This document shows, one piece after another, positions 12,201 through 17,341 of a DNA stretch of 17,341 bases. A program made the position numbers and the translations under genes. The notes beneath the pieces were generated by a model, which worked only from the letters and a program-made list of their open reading frames with translations, searched no databases and was not told the DNA's origin. This DNA is from Ginkgo biloba (Eukaryota; Plantae; Ginkgophyta): the NCBI GenBank assembly GCA_024626585.2, contig JANKJI020000002.1:13769802-13787142 (forward strand), read 5' to 3'. Every line of letters begins with the position of its first letter. The first letter of the stretch is position 1.

Positions 12201-15200
12201 CTCATCTAGAGACCACGTTCTCCACTTCCACAAGGGAAAGAAGCATAAGCTATATGGAGACAAAGATGAAAGACAAATACATTTTTTTTGTAATATTGAA
12301 GGAAAAGAACTCTTTACATGAGCATCTCCAAACGAACTATATATGTCGAAAAATGACAAAAATTCCCACAGGGCTACATAAACATGACTGTTATTAATCA
12401 TTAGCAATCTCTTTTACTTCATCAGTAGGAGGATCTTCATTGATTGATTTGCTTCATAAGTTGGCAACATTTCATAAGATGTACTTGGAGCATCACCCCA
12501 ACCTGCTATTTTTTCTAACTGCCTTGGAGGAGAAACATGCCTACTTGAGGATGTAAGATCTTGAATTGTAGTCTAGCCATCTGAGCTTACTTGTGCTTCT
12601 CAAGTTTTGTTTCTTCTTGGAATTAAATTTTGTCTTCNNNNNNNNNNNNNNNNNNNNNNNNNNNNNNNNNNNNNNNNNNNNNNNNNNNNNNNNNNNNNNN
12701 NNNNNNNNNNNNNNNNNNNNNNNNNNNNNNNNNNNNNGGTCTTTTTAGTCTTTATCTTATTTGCATTTGATTTCTTGGACAAATTCGCTCCACGTGACCA
12801 TCTTTTTAAGATCAAAATCTTTAAAAAATAGTGTTTTAGTTTGAAATTAGACACTCAAGGCTTTATCACGTGACCTTGTGCTTAAAAAATAAGCACCTTT
12901 AATTAAACCTTTGAAAAATTTTGATTTTTTTTTTTTTTCAAAATTTTCCTCCTGGCGCAGCGATTTTTCGATTTTCTTTGCAATTTCATCGATTTTTTCG
13001 AATTTTTTCGGCCCTGCATCCTCCTCGGTGAAGAATTGCACCTCTATAGGTGATTTTTTTTTTTTTTCTTCTCCCCTGCACCATGACACAAGTCTTGCTC
13101 GGTAACTCCACGTAGCGATTCCTAGGAAATTCTTCTGAGTGCATTCATGTCCCTCCGGCGGTGATTTGTGAGTCTACACCTTCCTTTGGCGTGCACTCCT
13201 CTCTGGCTTCCCGTTCCAGCAACAACTCGCACCTCCTGGCGCATGATTGCTCTCTGGTGATCTGTGTGCTTCAGGTGTGCTCTCCGCGTTTCACAGGTCT
13301 TCACGCTTATGTGTATCTCGCTACGTCTACGTGATCCCTTAGCTTCCCGCTCCATAGTGAACCTAATGTCTCCTACTCCACGGCGAATTCTGCTTCATCG
13401 AGATTTGTTTATTTTCCCTCTGGTGAGATTCACGTTCCTCCTTCACGGTAGAGTTGGTGCGCTCGTGCTCCACAAATCCCTGTGGTGTGCAATTGCTCTT
13501 GGTCTCCATGATTTCAAGTTCCTCATCCTTTGATGTTTCGCGCTCCTGCTCCAGTGGTCTTTAGATCTCGAATCTCTAGCACCAGATATTCTGTGCTCCT
13601 GCTCCGGTGGTCCTTAGATCTCGAATCTCTAGCACCAGTCTCCATTTCGGGTGGTTCGCTCCAGATTCACCAACTTGAAAATGGTGATTTTCAACTGTAT
13701 GAGCATGCCCAACGCACAGTCTATCTCTACATCATTTTCGATGGTTCCTCCTGGCGCTTGTTCTGCAATCACACGATGTTGCACCTTTTATCTTCTCTAG
13801 ATCTTCCCTCTGCTATGCACAACGGGTGACCCTCTCTCTCAATTTCCTCCCCAGTGATTAACACTTCCACGCAGCAGTATCACATTCTTCCACGCCACAT
13901 GTCCACTTTTATTCTGCAAGTTCTTCCAGAGTCAAAATTCACTCATAGAATTCTCCACTGCGATTCTCCTTCTCGTTCGGTGTTACTGGTTGCATGCCCC
14001 GTCTGGTCTTCCTCTGTCCTTCATCCTCTCAGTTGCTAAGCTCTAATACCATGTAAAATTGCTCTCAGATCTAAAACTGGAAGAGAAGACAAGAGTTATG
14101 ACAATGGAGTTTTATTGAGAAAACATTCAAAGTGATACATTCGAATGAGAGGACATGACATATTTAAACATGTCATTGACCGTTTCCTATTCAAACTGTC
14201 CTAACTTCCATAATTAAAGGAAGTGATTTATTATTCAAAACACATGTCATTAAATACTAACCCTAACAACTAGCCTAACCTACATGTGACCACTATACAA
14301 CTTAGCCTTTAATATAAAACTAAGTTGTACTTTACAAAAATAGACATTAAAGTCTAACAAATTTTACTCCCCGTGCCTTTGTTTTTATGTGCTGAAACAT
14401 CTTCCTAATGTCTCTGAAGACTTTTCTTCAGCGCCTATGAATCTTTGGTTTCCTCCTCTAATGTAGTTTTTCCTTTTTGGACCATGGCTAAAAAGCCAAT
14501 ATTTGTGTTACATTTTGTGTAGAGCATCTAGTAATCTTCCATCTCACAATTTATGGTTACATAAGTGTGTGTCCCCATTTGTTCCCTAACTCTTTTGTGG
14601 AGATTCAAGTAAGGTGCCTTGAGAAGCATTCTAAGGTTTTCCATTCAAGGGTTAAACTAGGATGACGAGTTAGTGTTAAATAATAAATGGGGCCTCTCTT
14701 GAATAAAGTTACCTTTATGAGAATTATAGAATTTTATTTTGTGATCGACATTTTGGAAAGTTTCAAATAAAAATTCTCTCTTGATCTCAGCTAACTATCT
14801 AACTCAATTTTTTGTAAGTTGGAGGATGAAAAGATTACTTTGATTTGAGGAATGAATTACCTTGGGTTTTTCCTACCAAAAGTAACCAGTGCCCTCATAA
14901 ATATTAAGAAATTTGAAACAAGAGGATGTGTCTATCAAAATAGTTGAAAGTTGTAAACAAACATAGTATCCTAGAATGTCATTTAGAATGGATCACCTAA
15001 TAAATTATATTTGTGAATTAGGTTGGGTCCAATATTCATATTAGTAGAACATATCTGGTGTTGGGCATCAATCTATCTAGAGGTTATGAATCTACCAAGA
15101 GAAACAATTATTCTTTAATTATTCTTGAAATTGAGAACTCAAGAGATCGGGGTTTTAGAGGTGGTGCAAAAAATATCAAATAATGATGTACCACTTAACT

Positions 15201-17118
15201 ACTTTGGACCCAATTAAATTATTAATTCATTGAACATATTTTCAAGACCAGAGTTTGGTGAATCAGGGTTTTTGAATCATAAGATAATGAGGGATAAATT
15301 ATGACTTAAACATGTAGACCCGACTGAGAATATAACATGGCCAAATTAATTAGACTTCAGAGTTGTGGAAGAATACAGGCTCATGTGAACCTCTACTAAA
15401 TCTCCAATTAAGCAAGGATATGTGTATTTAAGACTAATTTTTCCCAAACCAATCACATGCTCATAAATCCCAATACGAAGCTTAGAGTAAGATCATAAAT
15501 CTTGTGTAGAGTTAATATATAAGGTGGATGAATGAACATGTGTTCATAAATATATAAATAGCCTATTGATTTGATCATTTAAAGAAGACATTTAGTTAAA
15601 ATAACACTCTAAAGAATCAATAAAAAAGGAAGAAAATAAACTGAGTGACCATTACTAAAGTCTTTTCTTTCCCCTAGAATTCTTATTTATTANNNNNNNT
15701 TGTTTTCATTACTAGATCTTCATCACACTCTTCTTTTAAAAATTTATGTTGCGTTCCTTTTCTCTCTTCCAGAGTTGTAAGATTAGAATAGTCATAAACT
15801 TGTGTGTTCTTCTGAAGGTCCCATACATCATTGGATCTCAAGCAGTTTGAAAATTGTCTGTTCATTTTCTTCACCATTCTTGGTGTGCCACTTCTTTAGG
15901 CATTTGGATAACAACGGTTCATAATTTTCACCCTGTTAAGCCTCATTTTTTAATATTGACCTGTTTCCATGAAATGGCTTGTCCCAAATGTTTTTGGTCA
16001 TGATGGTTTTTGGATACTTAAATTGCAGTGGAGGAAGTTCTGGGTATGAAGCCCATAACCATAGTTACCGCGAATTGCATTTCGTGAAAACAAATTGTTT
16101 TACCCCTCGAAATGCCTTCAATACTCCATTCGAATTTTCTTAACATCTATCTAAAAAATTAAAAAAAGCAATTAAGGTTAAACCTAAATGGATAATTTTA
16201 AATCGAAATTTCAGAATGATGATATTATAACATATAACAATTGGTTTCTGCGTCAAACTTCTACAATATTTCTTGGCAATAAATCTTTTATTCTGAAATT
16301 TCTGTATAAAAGAACATGCACTCTATAAAAGTTGCATTTCTGAAGTTGGTGTGAAACCCATTTCACACCAATTTTTGAAAATGACACTTTGGCATTTTGT
16401 GAAGCTTGTTCTCCTATACACATAAGAATTATTGTTTTCTTAGAATCTAAAATTATGATTTTCTATTTCTTAGGTTGCATTTACGTCTCAAGTTGCTTTC
16501 TCAATGAGATAATGGCCTGCTTGATATCATAACCAAAATGCTTACATATGTACTTCTAATTGTGTGCCAATGATATGCAGGTAAAGAATGCAATTTGAAA
16601 CTTGATGGACCTAACTACATAGAGCTTCCACCGGAACTTTGCTTGAATCTAGGTGTATCGAGTTCTGTTATAAGATCATTATACTTGGTTCCTTCTGTAA
16701 TGCATCGTATGACTACTTTGATGCTGGGATGTCAGTTGCGAGATGAAATTAAGGATCATCCCAGTTGCCCATCAATCCCTGCTTCACTGGTAATTTCTAT
16801 GCTTTCTGATAGTGAACTGATTTGGAATTTGGAATAGTTTTCTCAATATTTAAACTACGAGACTGTAAGATACCTCTGAACCCTAAATATGTTTTTTGGC
16901 ATCAACAGATTATGCAAGCACTTACCACCACAAGATGCTTAGAGAATTTCTCATTTGAACGCCTGGAGCTATTGGGCGATTCAGTTCTGAAATATGCAGT
17001 CAGCTGCCATCTTTTCTTGAAATATGAAAAAAAGCACGAAGGACAATTATCTGCACGCCGAGCATGGGGTATCTGTAATGCGACACTTCATCGTCTAGCA
17101 ATGATCCGTAATTTGCCG
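1..17118 (+). CDS. DCL3: Dicer-like 3 (DCL3-type) endoribonuclease, partial spliced gene: join(<1..>266, <8876..9113, 9255..9784, 9922..10022, 16581..16789, 16909..17118); continues beyond both window ends
   Basis: Domains occur in Dicer order: dimerisation fold (KQLACLEACKRLHEIGALDDHLLP), ALSGSW...FALLIETVLDDD, FQEVLCNGIFGKL, SNMYLLLPLE, PAZ (KYG...QPLLQIKQSHRPHNLL, ELPPEL), RSLYLVPSVMHR...QLRDEI, RNase IIIa (LTTTRCLENFSFERLELLGDSVLKYAVSCHLFLKY..KHEGQLSARR). These resemble plant DCL3 rather than DCL1 (which has GAFTDMLLP and ERAELLGDAYLK). Visible introns are GT-AG with phases 0, 2, 1, 0. Confidence 0.9.
917..1628. mobile_element. Putative LTR (solo or truncated element), probably minus orientation
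   Basis: Bounded by TGTTGG (917) and CCAACA (1623-1628); contains an internal tandem array as U3 regions often do. Flanks TTAGA and CCTCT do not form a TSD, so boundaries are tentative. Confidence 0.4.
1294..1570. repeat. Degenerate tandem repeat, 8 units, period 33-39 bp, core GGCGGACTCCTCAAYGCCAC
   Basis: Unit cores start near 1294, 1327, 1365, 1399, 1435, 1469, 1507 and 1546. Confidence 0.8.
2125..2650. repeat. Array of short palindromes CCGAC-N3-GTCGG / TGTCGG motifs, probably TE-derived
   Basis: 13 exact TGTCGG/CCGACA hexamers counted by eye between 2127 and 2631; about 9 degenerate 13-bp palindromes; an A13 run follows at 2664-2676. Confidence 0.75.
3202..3363. repeat. Tandem repeat, 5 units, period 35-36 bp, core CATGGGTATYYTTTCAAC
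   Basis: Units at about 3202, 3238, 3274, 3309 and 3345. Confidence 0.75.
4140..5801 (+). mobile_element. Degenerate Ty3/gypsy pol (RNase H + integrase), non-chromovirus Athila/Tat-like
   Basis: Fragments across frameshifts and stops: YCASRELTLLEQNYTVTER (RNase H), WYASIVEYL, AHESPIGGH...LWWPMLFDDV (zinc-binding region), IDFVGP..YILVATDFVTK..EA, LTSDQG, YYPRCN, FQLVYG, QKAWHD, KGDKVLLYD, WLGPY (GPY/F motif), VNESHLKLYHN* at 5801. RNase H precedes integrase, the gypsy order; no chromodomain is visible. Confidence 0.9.
6274..6556 (+). mobile_element. Polypurine tract (6274-6285) and 3' LTR (6286-6556) of the gypsy relic
   Basis: GAAGAGGGAGAA is followed immediately by TGTAGA; the segment ends ATTATTAGTCAACA and is similar throughout to 7045-7316. 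Confidence 0.65.
6700..7809 (-). pseudogene. Possible highly decayed PPR (PLS-class-like) gene fragment interrupted by the solo LTR
   Basis: Minus-strand fragments in shifting frames: ESYKIVVARAC, LHGL*NDLGDGIDSRVLIYGNASVNI, SRRLF, and past the LTR LIVGYS...NSNTITL, in PPR motif order. Many stops; recognised by eye only. Confidence 0.3.
6857..7316 (+). mobile_element. Solo LTR (460 bp)
   Basis: Perfect termini TGTTGA...TCAACA; flanks ATTAA and AATAA (4/5 match, a decayed 5-bp TSD); internal TATAAATAGG near 7042; 3' part homologous to the PPT-adjacent LTR at 6292-6556. Confidence 0.75.
8121..8470 (-). mobile_element. L1-clade LINE reverse transcriptase fragment (degenerate)
   Basis: SLGFP..FIDFLSTARTSV*MNGEAMDFFQNSK / RQGCPFSRTLFIVPMEGLS...IEGI...KHELFAADT matches plant L1 RT motifs (LGF...SVLING..FF..RGLRQGxPLSP.LF...HLLFADD); the catalytic FADD reads FAAD. 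Confidence 0.85.
8876..9113 (+). CDS. DCL3: DCL3 exon (linker/platform region); acceptor hidden in gap 8814-8875
   Basis: Frame from 8877: KALSGSWVEDLNGVTLQIYKM...YADFALLIETVLDDDIASTEIELHL...CGKLQLNSVQ, then donor CAG|GTATGC at 9114 (phase 0). Confidence 0.88.
9255..9784 (+). CDS. DCL3: DCL3 exon (platform and PAZ N-terminal part); internal gap 9536-9779
   Basis: Acceptor TAG|CTG at 9254/9255; LKDAKVFQEVLCNGIFGKL...WVTSNMYLLLPLE...IDWKCI; frame is kept across the gap; donor AAGAA|GTATGA at 9785 (phase 2). An extra small intron inside the gap cannot be excluded. Confidence 0.82.
9922..10022 (+). CDS. DCL3: DCL3 exon (PAZ domain), missed by the ORF track
   Basis: Acceptor TTTTGCAG|G at 9921/9922 completes the split AAG codon; YGKTIIFLKQPLLQIKQSHRPHNLLTQQVEKSK; donor AAAG|GTTTGG at 10023 (phase 1) matches the next exon. 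Confidence 0.88.
10335..10571 (+). repeat. Diverged direct duplicate of the PAZ exon 3' end plus intron start (original about 9970-10202)
   Basis: Collinear shared blocks at an offset of about 368 bp: AAAAGTCAAAAG, TTTCCT, TCTGAAGTTTT, GAGTG(C/T)ATGT, TTCCAAA(C/T)TCAG, AAA(T/C)TGATT, CCATAC, ACAAG, CAGTCA. Confidence 0.8.
10933..12330 (+). mobile_element. Degenerate Ty3/gypsy gag + aspartic protease (chromovirus-like); RT and integrase absent
   Basis: Gag capsid motifs VREWW, LWNIRQVGTVQDW...LSDLP...FMKGLK...PKTLEA; protease ILVDNGCTRNFI (from 11938), VDLADG, YDAILGQKWL; in-frame stops are present. Confidence 0.88.
13542..13638. repeat. Tandem duplication, two 44-bp copies, period 53 bp
   Basis: GCTCCTGCTCC(A/G)GTGGTC(T/C)TTAGATCTCGAATCTCTAGCACCAG at 13542-13585 and 13595-13638, two mismatches. 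Confidence 0.9.
14040..14051 (-). other. Primer-binding site complementary to the tRNA-iMet 3' end
   Basis: + strand GCTCTAATACCA is minus-strand TGGTATTAGAGC, one mismatch from canonical TGGTATCAGAGC, directly after an LTR-terminal CA. Confidence 0.85.
14052..14359 (-). repeat. 5' LTR (308 bp)
   Basis: TG...CA termini (+ strand TGTAAAA...TCTAACA); abuts the PBS; TATA-like TTTAAATA on the minus strand at 14161-14168. Confidence 0.7.
16346..16371. repeat. Perfect 11-bp inverted repeat with 4-nt loop
   Basis: TTGGTGTGAAA-CCCA-TTTCACACCAA. Confidence 0.85.
16581..16789 (+). CDS. DCL3: DCL3 exon (PAZ C-terminus and connector helix)
   Basis: Acceptor TGCAG|GT at 16580/16581; GKECNLKLDGPNYIELPPELCLNLG...IRSLYLVPSVMHRMTTLMLGCQLRDEI...IPASL; donor CTG|GTAATT at 16790. 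Confidence 0.92.
16909..17118 (+). CDS. DCL3: DCL3 exon (RNase IIIa N-terminal part with signature motif)
   Basis: Acceptor AACAG|ATT; IMQALTTTRCLENFSFERLELLGDSVLKYAVSCHLFLKYEKKHEGQLSARRAWGICNATLHRLAMIRNLP; donor CCG|GTATTA at 17119. Confidence 0.95.
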
Positions 17119-17341
17119 GTATTAAATTACTCTTTTCTTGACTTAAATTGATTTTATAACAAAGATTTTCCTTTTCTAACCAAATAGTAATTTCTTACTC
17201 TCTTGGCCTTAAGAACTCTTTTAGTATATTCAAATGTGTACAATGTACATAAGCCTCAAACTAAGTTTTTCAATGTCTTATGTGTAATCCCCAAATTTTA
17301 CTTTAAATTACCTCCCATATATTATTATATATTTTATTTGT

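Larger units (their letters stand above)
12400..14359 (-). mobile_element. 5' portion of an LTR retrotransposon (LTR, PBS, long pyrimidine-skewed leader, possible gag start), 3'-truncated; superfamily undetermined
   Basis: Minus-strand LTR TGTTAGA (14359) to TTTTACA (14052) is followed directly by a tRNA-iMet PBS. The leader is comparatively GC-rich with T-tracts on the + strand. The left boundary is approximate. Confidence 0.7.

Noticed and set aside
12847-14039. ORFs of 60-100 aa on both strands
   Set aside because: Low-complexity translations of the retroelement leader with no domain motifs.
14400-15680. Possible very old LINE or other TE remnant
   Set aside because: No convincing motif could be recovered by eye; left unannotated.
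16822-16908. N-terminal extension of the RNase III ORF in the ORF track
   Set aside because: It is read-through of the 119-bp intron 16790-16908; the ORF tails after 9113, 9784, 16789 and 17118 are intronic in the same way.
1-17341. A novel multi-gene or prokaryote-type system
   Set aside because: All confidently recognisable coding sequence is explained by one spliced Dicer-like gene and decayed retroelements.

Overview
This is eukaryotic (land-plant, probably non-angiosperm) genomic DNA from a draft assembly with many N gaps. The window covers the middle of a + strand Dicer-like gene whose motifs best fit DCL3. Six exon segments are visible and encode the Dicer dimerisation/dsRBD fold, the platform/PAZ region and the start of RNase IIIa (intact ERLELLGDSVLKY). 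All visible splice sites are GT-AG and the phases are compatible. Two introns are expanded (about 8.5 kb and 6.6 kb) by decayed transposable elements: a Ty3/gypsy RNaseH-integrase relic with PPT and 3' LTR, a related solo LTR, an L1 LINE RT fragment, a gypsy gag-protease relic, and an antisense LTR+PBS(tRNA-Met) element. Less expected features are a diverged local duplicate of a PAZ exon end with a dead donor site, a dense array of CCGAC-N3-GTCGG palindromes, a 36-bp repeat with 3-mer higher-order structure, and a possible PPR relic. I see no evidence for a genuinely new biological system. Family calls come from motif recognition only; no searches were run.
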